Below, piece after piece: positions 1-12,457 of a stretch of DNA of 64,000 nucleotides; within the stretch, counting starts at the first letter, position 1; each line of letters starts with the position of its first letter. Made by a program: the position numbers and the translations under genes. Location of the stretch: NCBI GenBank assembly GCA_010093815.1, contig ML996573.1. One strand, given 5' to 3'. Source of the stretch: Pseudovirgaria hyperparasitica (taxonomy: Eukaryota). The notes below the pieces were generated by a model that searched no databases, had not been told where the DNA came from, and was given only the letters and a program-made list of their open reading frames with translations.

Positions 1-1027
1 GCTTGCCACCAGCAGCTTTGCCTTTTTGCCCGGCACCTGTTGCGCTACTCGTTGCCGACGCATCTGCGCCTAAGCGTGGGAGCCCGACGATCCGTATCTG
101 GCCCTCGGGTCCACCGACCGCAATCAAGGAGCCGTTCGGCGAGATGGCGATGCTGTATAGGCCCCCTTCAACCTTGAAACGCTCGTCGTGGCCAGTGAGT
201 CCGACGACACTTTGGCTGCCTTGCGCCTCGACCAGTCCCGCCGCGGCAGCCTCTCCGAACACATCCCACACATATAGACTCGAGTCTTCCGAGACTGTTG
301 CCAGTAGCTTGCCGTCTGGCGTCCAGGCCCCAGCCGTACATGATTCCTGGTGGATGTAGAACGTCTGGACAATACTCAAGGGCGATGTCTTGTCCGCCGC
401 GTTGATCGTGTAAACCCAGACAGAGCCATCGTTTGCGCCCATGGCTACCGTGTTCGGGTACTCTGGGTGCGGACAAGCCGCCAGCCAGTTGATTTCCTCC
501 ACCTCTTGCGCCTCCGCAATGAATCTCCACTTCAGCCCTGACGCGTCCGACTGCCATGTCCTCAGTTTTCCATCCAGTCCCGCCGACACCACATACTCTC
601 CGCGAGGAAGTGTGAATGTGATTGCGTTTATGCTGTCCGTATGCCCCTCCAACTTGAAAATAGGCTTCAATCCCTCTCGTTCTACCGGTCGCGGATCGCT
701 TTCGTAGCTCGGAGGAAGCACGGGCGGCTGTGGCGGGGTCGCGTCGAGTATATATCCCACATCATCGCCACCGCCTGTCGCGACGACGTTTGGATTTCGG
801 GGATGGGAAGCAATGCAGAAGATCGAGTCTTTGTGCCCGTCAAAGTGCGCGACGCTGTCGTTGATGAGCTGAATCTCTTCCAACGTGGCCGAGGGGTCCT
901 CGTCTGCGTCCTCATCCGAGTCCATGGCTGCGTCGTCGTCCGAGGGCACTTCTTCGCCTATCTCGTCTTCTTCCAGCATGTCGTCGTCCACGTCCTCGAC
1001 GTCATCGTGGGGTTGGTGGGCTGACAT
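1..1027 (-). CDS. SQT1: WD40 ribosome assembly factor Sqt1/AAMP homolog (5' part; runs off left edge)
   Basis: Manual translation from ATG at 1027: acidic N-terminus MSAHQPHDDVEDVDDDMLEEDEIGEEV..., then WD40 repeats NDSVAHFDGHKDSIFCIA..., KLEGHTDSINAITF...VVSAGLDGKLRTW. Absent from the ORF track because it has no stop in the window. Confidence 0.8.
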   Translation of the reverse strand, partial: MSAHQPHDDVEDVDDDMLEEDEIGEEVPSDDDAAMDSDEDADEDPSATLEEIQLINDSVAHFDGHKDSIFCIASHPRNPNVVATGGGDDVGYILDATPPQPPVLPPSYESDPRPVEREGLKPIFKLEGHTDSINAITFTLPRGEYVVSAGLDGKLRTWQSDASGLKWRFIAEAQEVEEINWLAACPHPEYPNTVAMGANDGSVWVYTINAADKTSPLSIVQTFYIHQESCTAGAWTPDGKLLATVSEDSSLYVWDVFGEAAAAGLVEAQGSQSVVGLTGHDERFKVEGGLYSIAISPNGSLIAVGGPEGQIRIVGLPRLGADASATSSATGAGQKGKAAGGK

Positions 1028-1786
1028 TTGCAGGAAATGGCTGACAAGGTTTGAGGGTTGAAGGGAGCGAAAAAGAATTGGGAAATATGCTTTTAGTAGC
1101 AGGGTAAAGAGCGACTTTATTGTTTTATATAATTTGCTGCGAGGCAAGGTGAAGTTTCCAGAGTGCTTAGAAATTCATGCCAAAAAGTTGCCAGTCGATT
1201 AGCCAGGTTTAGCAGAGTCGGGGAGGGGTTGCGCCGACCTCATAGATTGATCCATACCTAAATGGCACAAACGAGCTCGCTTCGATACATTGAACAGGAT
1301 GAATTAGGACATTCGTACTTTATGGCCCAAAACATGACTTCACCACTCCACCTCAAATTTCAGTCACAGATGGATCAGTAGTAAACGGCGGTAAAGAGTG
1401 GGTAGAGACACTTTTGTTCTGAAGATTGCACTATCTCGCTAGCTAAATTGTGGATGTGGAATTGTGGGAGGGGTATAGCATCGAGACTGTATAGTACAAA
1501 ATCGTAAGCAAAGTGTAGTATAAGGCCAGATCATGGTTTAAATCCAACAGAGTTCCACCAAGACGCGTGCGTCGTACGGCCGGCCCATTTTTCCAAAGGC
1601 TGTTCTCAACCCGACACCCCTAGATCGTCGTATGTAGATAAATAGCCAGACCATCGTACAACAACAAAAGAAACAATAATAGATCATCGTACAACAAAGG
1701 GAAGAAGTGTCGGGCTTATATTTACATCAGAATGTAGAAGCTTGCATCATTAAAAGTCGTAATCTGTCAAGGCAGTCCGACAACAG

Positions 1787-4700
1787 CTAGACCTCGGTGG
1801 CCGCCCGCCTCTTCCAGAATTTCCACTCAGCTTTCTGGTTGTTCTTGTTCGCAGCACCGGTTGGCAGTCGCTGAGTAGCAGCAGGCGGTACTGGTGGTCC
1901 CGAGTTCCGTAGGAAGTCGGCCAAGTCGCCGGTTTCAGAATTGGTGGCGCCCTGGCGCGGCGAGACAACTCTCGCATCGCGTGCGCCTGTAGCCGACGAC
2001 TGCTTCGGACGAGTCATGCGCGCCGCGGTGTTGGCTGGGGGAGGATGCGCTGCAAGTGGGGACAAAGGTGGTGAGCGCACATCTTTGGGATCATCATCGT
2101 ATGGGACGCGTTGACCGTTTGATGAAGATGCAGTGTCGTTCAGCCTGCGAGGGATAGAGCCAGCAGTGACAATTGGCTTGGGCTCGTTTTGCGAGGGAGG
2201 ATCGACATTCCGAAGAAAGTCAATCAGGCTCTCTTCTTGACGTTGCGTTTGCTTTGGCAAGGCGGTGAGAAGGTCCTCATCTTCATCGTCGGAGTAGTCA
2301 ATTGCGTATGGGTCCTTCACTCGACGCCTTGTCCGCGTGATAGTCGGTCCGGAGTCCGGCGATGACGTAACAGCAGCAGCGGCACCACCACCACCACCAC
2401 CACCACCACCACCACGATTGTTGCTGGTCTGTTGCTTGGGTGAGGTGGAGTAGGTGGGTTGAGAGACCTTGGGGGCTGGGAGCAGCCCGGTCCTGGAGTT
2501 GTTCGTAGTGCCAGACGTGACCGATTCTGGTGGAGTGCCGTGATGGTCGGAACGGTCGCTATACATGTTGTTGAACTCGTCCGAGTCCATGGTGGTGCGG
2601 AAGGGGGCAACTGTACGGGCAATGCGGTGCTCTCCAGACTTGCCGCTTGGCGGGCCCTGCCGGATAAAGTCGATCAAGTCGCCGCTACCTTCGTTGGGGC
2701 TAGATGGGCCTCGAGGCTCGAGTTGCACACGCGGCCGTGCCGTCGGACCGTCATTGTTGACCTTGGTGGCGTTGGAATTGTTTGATGCCGAGCGAGCGCG
2801 CGCGGAGGCAGAAAGACGCCGCCCTATCGAGCTCTTGGAATTTGGCGAGGCAGAGAGAATAGGTCGAACCTCTTCGGTGTCGCGGGCCGGGCCGGTTGAC
2901 CGGATGAAGTCTGCAAAGTCACGCATCGAGTCTGTCTGTACGCGCGCATCCCTCGCAGTTGGGCCGCCAAACCTCCTCGGATATGCTGGAGTTGGGCGCG
3001 TGTTTGAGGGGACTCGCGGAAATGACTGCTGCTGTTGGGGCTGCTGTCGGGGCTGTTGTCGGGGCTGCTGTTGTGAAATCGACGTCGGTGTGAAAGTATC
3101 TGGTGCTGGGTGCTCTTGGCGATGAACAGTGACCTTTGTCGTAGGTTTCGGCGGCTCACGCGACATTGGAGCACGACCCTATTCACTTCGGTTAGCGACT
3201 AGACTTTCTCTAATTCATCCAGGCTGCTCGGTACTTACTTCCATTTCACGCATGCTTGACGGAGTGAGCGTGTACTTGACCGTTTCCTCGCGACTGACTA
3301 GCGAGTCGAATTCTTTCACTCGGTCCTCTTCTGACATCCTGCCACTGAGTCCTCTAGGTCGCGTCTCTCCGTCAAAAGACCCTGCTTTATTCAGGATGGA
3401 CGAGCCGACTGAAGTGGACTGCGAACTGGACGATATGCGCTGCACAGCAGCCCTCTCAGGCTCATCCGACTGGCGCTTTGATTTGCTGATGCTGGAGATG
3501 CTGTTGTTCGAGCTTCTATCGCGCGATTTGTCTTTGGAAAGAGAGCCCGAGGTTTGCCTTGTGCCCTTTCCGTTGGTCAAACTATGTCCCCTGGCCAACT
3601 CTGCCTGGGGAAAGCTTTCGTGCACGGGTGAAAGAGTCACGCTGCGAGACGTGGAACGCGGGGCGAATTGCTCGGATATTGGGCTGATGTCACTTGCACT
3701 GGAGCCCGTCTTTCTCAATGCCAGAGGCGCAGGAGCTAGATCACCGGGTGCCGGCTGATCGTTCTCTTGTAGATAGTGTTCAACATTCGGGACGTCTTGC
3801 AAATCAGATCCGTTCATGTTCGCTGAAAGCAAGTCGAGATTCTGTGCAGCTATCGGGACGTCGGACGTTCTCGCAACACCAATCTCTTCTGGGTCGTGTG
3901 CTGCAGCATGATATGTGGACGACCTTTTATTTTTGGTGTACTTTTCAGTGTTGGATGCGGATCCACTACGAGTGTTGTATGACGGACTCGATCGCTTAGC
4001 GTATGGAGCACCAGCTGTTTGCGACTGCACCCTAAAGGGGTCATATTCTTCATCTCCGTCTTCATCACGAGGCGAGCTCTGGGGGGAGACTCCGACCACA
4101 TGTGCCTCCGGTTGCGGGGTTGTGTCGCGGGCGAAGACGCTGCCATGTGCATCCGTGTTAGGCACAACACGCTCTCTCGGGCCATGCTGCTTCACAAGGT
4201 CTGACTCGCTGACATACGACTCTTCTTCTGGTGTGGGTTCCATTGGTGTTTCAAAGTCGGTTGTAGGCGAATCCTGCATCTCAGCAACACGGTACAGCTC
4301 ATACGGTATCCTCAGCGGCGGAGGCAGCGAGACAGGGCGTTGCCGCGATGTTCGCGAGGCGACAGGCTCTTCGTCATAGAAGCGAGATGGCGGTGGCAGG
4401 AAGGAACTGTGGGGACGTTTGGGAGCGTGCACAGCCGGTGTCAAGACTCCATCATCATCAACGTCATCGTCGTTGATCTCCTTTGCAAGACCCGGAACTT
4501 CGATTTCGTCAACATCGCGTTCTGTCATGGGCAAGGGTATGTTGGCAGCGATTTCAGTTTCGGTCGGGATGGGGCCCGGCTCTCGATCCATTGACATCCT
4601 GGAGCCTTCCTCATTTGACAGGACGGATTCGTCAAAGCTTGGCTGGTGATAGAGACCGCGGCTATAGCGGCCACCAACGGGTCTTCTGGACATTGGAGAG

Positions 4701-5632
4701 GTATAGCCTGCGGAGGAGCGCGAACGCTTCCTCCAGGTTCTCCAAAGCCTGCCAAGTAATGGATTAAGAGCAATCTTCTCGGCATCGTGCTCCTCAATCA
4801 CCACTCTTTCGACGGGCCGCAACTCAGGTTCGTTGTCGGTAGCGCTAGAGACGCTTTTCTTGCGCTTGTTCGCCGCGCGAGTAAAGGCAGCTTGGCCACA
4901 GACGTTCAGTGCCTGCTCTGCAATGTATTCCACAACAGAAGTGAGGAAGATGGCGGCAGCCCACGAGACAAGGCTGCTCTGTGCAGATGAGGGCTTCTTG
5001 CCGACGGTCTCGCCTTCTTGCCTTTCTAGCTGTGCAATGTATGTTTCCTCGTCCTCGTCCTCCATCTCGCCGAGTCTGGTGTAGACCATGACACGTAGAC
5101 GTGTTCTCTTCCATACTTTGACTAGTTCCCACTTTGGCTTTGGGTCGTCATCATCATCGTCCAGAGACTCTTCCTCATCGCCGTCTTCAGGCTCTCCGGC
5201 CAGGAGATCTTGCAGTTCCTGGTCGGCATTTGCGATTGCTTCCCTTGCCAATTTGGGCTTGAGAACCTCTACGATGGCCGGTCGGATTGCGGAGAGGGTG
5301 GAAGACTGAGCGGTGGAGAGGAAGGTGAAGAGGAGGTTGTCGAGGAAGGAATTGACGAGAGTCAGAGCGTCGTCTGAGAAGAGGGCGACGTCCTCGGTTG
5401 GGGTGGAGTGATCGTCCAGGCCGAGCTGCTCGCGCATCGAGGCATTGTGCTGGTCGGTGACGATCTGAGAGGCGGCAGCGACGGCGACGTAGGCTGGCGG
5501 AGGAGTCACGACCATGGATGGAGGAATCATGAGGCCAATGGACATGGAGGATCTTTCGCTGCTGAAACTGGGGGCTCTGCTGGAGCGCGGCGATATGAAG
5601 TCGCCATTTTCAGATTTGGCGTTGCGGCTCAT
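1787..5632 (-). CDS. Large fungal protein (~1260 aa) with N-terminal histone-fold-like region, long Ser/Pro-rich disordered region and repeated DF[IL]R..GP motifs
   Basis: ORFs 3215..5632 and 1787..3166 are joined in frame by a 60-nt intron 3238-3179 (GTAAGT...GCTAAC...TAG). Confidence 0.8.
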
Positions 5633-6580
5633 GGTGGTAGTGGTGGTGGTGGTGGTGGTGGTGGTGCGAAAAGTGATGTATCACCAAAGAGATTGGTCAC
5701 CCGGGATGCACAAATTGCATGAGAATATGCGGGTGGATTCTCGTGTCCAAGTGGTTGGTGTGGCGTTTCTCTGGCCAGATACAGGGCCGGTCAGTGTCAG
5801 CAAGGCCGCGATTGAATGTGTAGAGAGAGAGAGAGCAGAGGAAGGACGACGGCGAAGAGGAAAGAAGGAGAGAGGCCTGCTCAGAGAGGGAGAGAGGAAA
5901 GATGCGAGTCGGACGATCAAGAAGCCATTTAGCAGACGAAACGATTCGAAGGGACGAGATGCAAGAGAGAAGATAGGAGTTCGGGTGGCTTGCGGAATGT
6001 TTGGAGGCAGAGACGCTCGCACCGACAAAGAGTCCGGATTTGGGACCCAAGGAGTTTTGTATGGATAAGCGGGCGCAAGGCCTAAGGGAAGGCAGCGCTG
6101 AGGGGGAGGGGGGGCGGAAGTAGTAGTGAGTTCGGGCCTAATGCAAGCAGCAGAGCTAAGGATAGTCAGGATAGTCAGGATAGTCAGGGTAGTTGGTCGA
6201 GGGCAGAACAGTAGGGATGAATTAGGTTTCAGTTAGGATGCGACAAGGGTTCTTCGGTCGAGGCATAATGATACACAAGAAGCAGAAGGGTAAGCAGGGT
6301 GTGGAAGAATATGTGGTATACATGTATATATACGTGCACAGCTAAAACTAGATAGCGCAGCACCACCAAAGCTGACAACCGACAAGAGGCATTTACAAAG
6401 AACAGACAGGATAAGCATATGATAGTGACGAGGAGGTAGGCTGCATGCAATTGCTCTTTGTGTGCAACATGTTTTCATTGTCAATAGGCACCAGGGAGGA
6501 GGATGTCAGCGAGTCGGGATGTGATAGGCTGGTGAATTGAGTGAGCAATGGGGTAGAGAGAGTATGAGAGAGAGTAATAA

Positions 6581-6700
6581 GAGTAGCAGTAGTAGCAGTA
6601 GTAGCAGTAGTAGCAGTAGTAGCAGTAGTAGTAGCAGTAGTGACAGAGTGGTAAAAGGGAGTTAACGCAGAAGAGTAGTAGTAGTAGCAGTAGTAGTAGT
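6581..6700. repeat. (AGT/AGC)n trinucleotide-derived microsatellite
   Basis: agtagcagt tandem units read directly. Confidence 0.9.
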
Positions 6701-7065
6701 AATTAATTAGTGGTGTAGTAGTATAGTGTAGAGCAAGACTCGCCAAGTCAGCCCCACAGTGTCCGGCATGCGACTCAGGCGTGCGTGCGTGGGTGCAGGG
6801 TGGTGCGGGTGCGCAATCCGAGCTGACATCCTCCTGCCCAGGCTGGACCTTCAACTGGAATTGAAGATTGAAGCCTCCACCTTAATCTGCAGCTGGGCAC
6901 GACTGCACTCATTATTAACCACTCACTATGACTATTGCTACCTTGTAAGAGTCAACTGGTGAGAGGCACACATGGTACAGTCGCATGATGCTGCTGCAGC
7001 TGGCCTGGTGTAATCAAGCAATGTGCCGCAACATGAAGCTGCATCAGTGTCGTTTCAGGTACAGG

Positions 7066-7111
7066 AGCAACAAGCAACAAGCAACAAGCAACAAGCAACA
7101 AGCAACAAGCA
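7066..7111. repeat. (AGCAACA)n heptanucleotide tandem repeat
   Basis: About six perfect copies read directly. Confidence 0.9.
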
Positions 7112-10100
7112 GCTGTAAGGGGGCCATTCAAGTTAGCTGTGCTGCAGTAAGTTGCAGTGCCGGGGTGGTAGAGATGATTATGTCATGTCTACTGTCTACT
7201 ATGAGGTTCCTAGTGCATTACCTGCCTCGACGGGCTCTCTAGCTCTAGTGTGGTGTTGGGTGGTGTTGGGTGGTGGTGGGTGATGGCGTCTGCACGTCCC
7301 CTGGCTTGGCCCGTCTTGCTCTCTAATTACTGCTCTCTCTCTAGCTGATAGCAACAACATATGCCTCTCTCTCTCTCTCTTCACTCTCTCACATTATTGT
7401 CGCCTCGTTTTCGTCTTGCTCTGTCACTCCATCACTCCCCAACTCTCCACCTTCTTATCTACTCACCCAGCTCGCCCTCTTCTTACTCCTCTTTCTCTCC
7501 CTCTACACTGCACTTCTGCCAGCAAAGGTCTCAGACCACGTCACATGTGCTTCTGTCAGCCATGCCCGCATAGACTTTGCTAGTTGCGCCGCTGACTCGT
7601 CGTCGGAATGTCATCAAAGTTAAATGGCAATTCCGCCTGCCGTTGTCCATCTTCGGTCCAGCTCCCACGAACTCCTACCTGTTTCCAGTCAAGCTTGCTT
7701 TGCCGGTGTTGCTCTCGACGAAAAAGCCATGCCGTCTTGCCAGCACTGCGTTTTCCTCCGATCTTCACCGCATTGCCGTGATCGCCATCATCTTTGGCTT
7801 TTTTGATATGCACTTCGCATCCTCTGATTCCGTACCTGATGCCATATTAAGTTGAAAGAGCAACGGCCAGTTGACAAATCAGACGGCACACTTCACTACG
7901 ATATACCTGCTACAACATGTGCCTTGAGATCGAGCACACGAAAAAACAACTCAGCTCTTGCCCGACGTCGTCATCATGGCCATCTGGGACACGGTACAGT
8001 AGCTAACAAAAGACATGAGTAGCAGCAGCGGAGACGTAGGTTTGCGGCACGAAATGAAAGCTATAGCTGCTCGACACCACCAAACATGACATCCAGAAGG
8101 CTCGATGGAAGCCACGACAATGCGAATTGTGGATCGATACAACGGCCAATCTCGCGTGCGCCTCTCCTCGGAGAGAATGAAACGTTCCACACTCTCTTAT
8201 TATATAAATATAGCCTATACCCAACACCACAAAGAAGTTAAGAAAGCATAAATCAAGGCAGACTGGACAAGAGACCAATTAAAGACGCTGATATCCAGTC
8301 TAGCGAGCGAATGGTGCGACGAATCCACGCGAACGCTGTTGCGCTGCTACTGCTGGTGCACGGCCATCCAATCCTCACTTGCTCTGCAATCTGGGGTATT
8401 TAGCTAGCACGCCTCCTCCCACGTGGCTGAGGTACTGCAAGAACGGTTGAGTGATGACGAAGTGGGAAATTGCCCTTCAGCCACGTGCAAGTAATTCTTT
8501 CTCTATATCAACAAAACGGCGCGACACTACTTGATCCTGTTCAAGAACGAAGGCAGTAATCTGTTTGTGCGAGACAGTCCAAATATCATGCACACTTTTT
8601 CACGCCTGATGCTGCCCTGTTGCGGCGCTGCTAACCAGCCTCCAGAGTTTGATCAAATCTCTGGGATAGCGTTGCTTTCGGCGGCATCAAGAATTTGTCA
8701 TTCTATAAACAGGAAAGTCACTGCCAGCAAGAGCCTGTCGAGTACTGTCTGCATCAAGAATGTCTTCCCGACCATGATGGATGAGAGATGTGCAAGGACG
8801 GGCAATGACATGGGCTAATTATTGCTCATGCGGCGCAGTCGGGTAATGCAACACGTAGCACTGTAGCAGCAAGGTACCGTTGGCATGTATCAATCAAATA
8901 GGTAGGTGTCGAGCATAGAACGTGGATGCAGAGTGTCTGGATGCGAATGATTGATGTAATGGAGCCATCCGATGGTAGCAGGATGGCAGCAGCAGGATAT
9001 CGTGATGAGGCGCTCAAACTCGCAATGTTTATTCCAGGGGAGAGTGCCGGGTGCCAGTGGGTACGTACCTCGGCCATCTACAGTACTACTACTACCATGT
9101 AGGTATTACGTGCGGCTATCAATCAGCAGTAGCCAATGAGAAGAGCGGGATTGGGGAATAGATAAGGACAGCGGCAGACTAGACCGCTTCCATCACACGT
9201 CTGGCCAAGTTTGTCAGTGGGTGGTGGGCCTGGCGGATCAGGCAGTAGAGCGGTTTAGCAGTCCCCACGCTCAAATCCGGTAAGTGGCGGCCTTCACTTT
9301 ACCACACACTTTACCACAATGCCGCTGCGATGTCGGGGGCTACCAGGCAAGATGTTGATATTCTCAGGTAAAAATAACTGTCCCTAGCCTCTGCCATGGC
9401 CACACTTGGAGTAATAGCAAATGATAACAGCAGACAAAAAAGTGTTCTACTAATTACAGTAGTCACAGGATTCAATTCGAATTGTTGAGGCCACGTCTCG
9501 GGACATGTCTTGCTAACCTTAGTACCTTAGTACCTACGTAACACACTCACTCCTGGATAATGCCGCAAAAAGCAGCAGTCAAGCGAGGCGAGGCGAGGCG
9601 GTTACCTGGAAGGAAGCCCCCACCGGTTCTGCGTCCAATGACAGCCAGGCATCCATAGCCCTAATTATCCTATAGACGCAGTTGATCTACGAGAATGGGA
9701 GTCCTGATTTGATTAGTTGCCTTTTCAATAAACACACAAGTTCCCTCATCAAACTGGACTTGGTTAGAGATGGTGACGGTGTGATAGTCATATACATATA
9801 ACAGGCCGGGCATGACGACGATCCGGCAGCAATCAGGGGGAGCGAGAGAGAGAGAATAATGATTGTGTATTGTGTGCTGTTGGCTTTGATGTCCTGGAAT
9901 TATCATAAAAATCACAAAGAACCCTGGAGCCCGCAAGTGATAGTACCCAGGTAGTAGTAGGAATAATAGTAATAATTAGAGCAGCTGTGTAGTGGTACTG
10001 TATGTAGTCCGGCTCCACTCAGCTGCTGAACCCTTTTCCCGCTTCACCCAGAACAAAGCCCGGATGCAGCGGCCGGCGCCCCAACATCTTCCGACAGCTA

Positions 10101-10463
10101 ACCCCTGGTCACCTATCGAGCCGTGCGCCAAATAATACACAATACTGTACACACACACACACGTACTCTCTCTCTCTCTCTCGCTCTCTTTTTACACTGC
10201 CTCAGCTATTTATCACACTGCCCACGCTCCTCTTCGTCTTCTGGTTTCACATTCATCCATCTGTCTGACCAGTACCCCTACCTCTCTCTACCCAGTTACA
10301 CGGTTACCGCTGATAACCGCTGCTGATACCTGCAACTTGTCCCATATAAACTCCACCGCTACCCCCCACCTCAACTCTCATTCCTACTCTCACCACTTTC
10401 TCAATCTTCTTTTCCACCTTTCCCTCACAATCATAACCACAAACCTCAATCACAATCACCATC

Positions 10464-12457
10464 ATGGTATGGAGTTGATCACGCGAGCACCTGCCAGCCG
10501 TGCATGGACTCTAACAGAAACACACAGGCCGAATCAACAATCGTCTCCAACACTGCTCTGGTAAGTCGCCTACCACCACCTATCCTGGCTTGAAATTCCA
10601 GCTCTGGTCGGTCTCCGCTAATTGCTTATTTTCTGGTGCAGCTTGAGAAGTTCGCAAAGCTCGACCAGAGGGGCTCCGTCATTGCAGAGTATGTCTGGAT
10701 CGATGCCTCCAACGGTGTGCGCTCCAAGTGCAAGGTGAGCAGCTTTCTTCCCTTCTCCCTTATCTCGCACACACACTCTTTCTCTCGCTCGCATCCCACG
10801 ACACAACCTCGACACGTCCAGGCTATGACCGCATCGTGCCTATCCGACTTTTTTTTGGCGGCCGATCGGCAAAGAACCAATCCCACTTGGCCGCAAGCCA
10901 CACTACAAGCTTGCCGAGGACCTCGCGAGCGAGAATCGCTGGTTGTGGAGGGGCATGGGCAGCTGGCAGCTGGCAGCTCGCAAAACGATCCTCCAGTCGG
11001 CCCACACACACACACACTTTGCTCAACAAGCGATGAAAGCGCCGAATCTCGTTGCTTTTGGCCGCTTGTAGCTCTCGTGTGGTTTGTGGGCTGTGGGCTG
11101 TGGGTGTGGGTGTGGGTGTGGGTGTGGGTGTGGGTGGGCGCATTTTCGCACATGGCCTACCCACGCGCCGATAAGAAAAGTATCGTCAGCTATCGGTAGC
11201 CACAGATGCCGCCTCGCCGCCTCCCCTGCGTGCGTCGCCGCTGTCCCTCCCTGCACCTCCATGTCAAGTGCGCACGAGAATTGCTCGAGTCATGCTGGAA
11301 AGTGGCACAAACATGTTATGCACCTGAACTTCGTGCATGCAGTTGCTGACCTGAACTCCTACAGACTTTGACCAAGAAGCCATCCTCGGTCAAGGACCTC
11401 CCAGAATGGAACTTTGACGGTTCTTCGACCGGCCAAGCTCCAGGTGACAACTCCGATGTCTACCTGCGCCCGGTCGCCTACTACCCCGACCCTTTCAGAC
11501 TAGGTGACAACATCCTGGTCATGTGTGAGACGTACATGTCCGATGGCAAGCCCAACGCCTACAACTTCCGCCACGACGCGGCTGTCATCATGGAGGCTCA
11601 TGCCAAGCACGAATTCTGGTTCGGTCTTGAGCAGGAGTACACTCTGCTTGGCTTTGACGGCTGGCCGTACGGCTGGCCCAAGAACGGCTTCCCCGCTCCT
11701 CAGGGTCCTTACTACTGTGGCAACGGAACCGGCAAGGTCATGTGCCGTGATATCGTAGAGGCCCACTACAAGGCCTGTCTGTATGCCAAAATCCAAATCT
11801 CCGGTACCAACGCCGAGGTCATGCCCGCCCAGTGGGAATACCAAGTCGGTCCTTGCGACGGCATTTCTCGTAAGTCTGCTCCTGACGATCCCATCCTATG
11901 CGCGTCATCACCACACATTCTGACATGAATACCAAACAGTCGGTGACCAGCTCTGGATGTCACGTTTCCTCCTCCACCGTGTCGCCGAGCAGTTCGGTGC
12001 CAAGGTCACGTTTGCCCCCAAGCCCATCCCCGGCGACTGGAACGGTGCCGGTCTGCACACCAACGTCTCCACCAAGGAGATGCGTGCGGACGGCGGAATC
12101 AAGGCCATCGAGGCTGCCATGGAGAAGCTGGCCGAGCGCCAGGTCGAGCACATGGAGGTGTACGGAGAGGACAACCGCCAACGCATGACTGGCGCTCACG
12201 AGACTGCGTCGTACGACAAGTTTTCGTGGGGTATCGCCAACCGTGGCGCGTCCGTCCGCGTCAACCGCGCTGTGGCCGAGGAGGGCAAGGGATACTTTGA
12301 GGACCGCCGTCCCGCCTCCAACGGAGACCCATACCAGATCACCGGCATAATCGTCGAGACTCTATGTGGCAAGGTCAAGGGCGCCGACATGGTGCAGGCA
12401 GCCAAGAAGGGCGAGGCAGTTGAGAACGAGATGGTCGTCCCGATTGCGAAGCCGTAA
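10464..12457 (+). CDS. GLN1: Glutamine synthetase (GSII)
   Basis: Exons 10464-10466 (ATG only), 10528-10560, 10642-10734, 11365-11869, 11940-12457, all with GT-AG introns. Motifs [61 protein letters not shown]. Confidence 0.98.
11085..11138 (+). repeat. (TGTGGG)n repeat in GS intron 3, G-quadruplex-capable
   Basis: About nine GGG runs separated by 1-4 nt on the sense strand. Confidence 0.9.

Noticed and set aside
6100..7400. Tandem repeats resembling an array
   Set aside because: Simple microsatellites without spacers in a eukaryotic context; not CRISPR or telomeric.
10626..11371. ORFs on both strands inside GS intron 3
   Set aside because: They translate dinucleotide/hexanucleotide repeats (THTH, WVWV, CGCG) and are artefacts.
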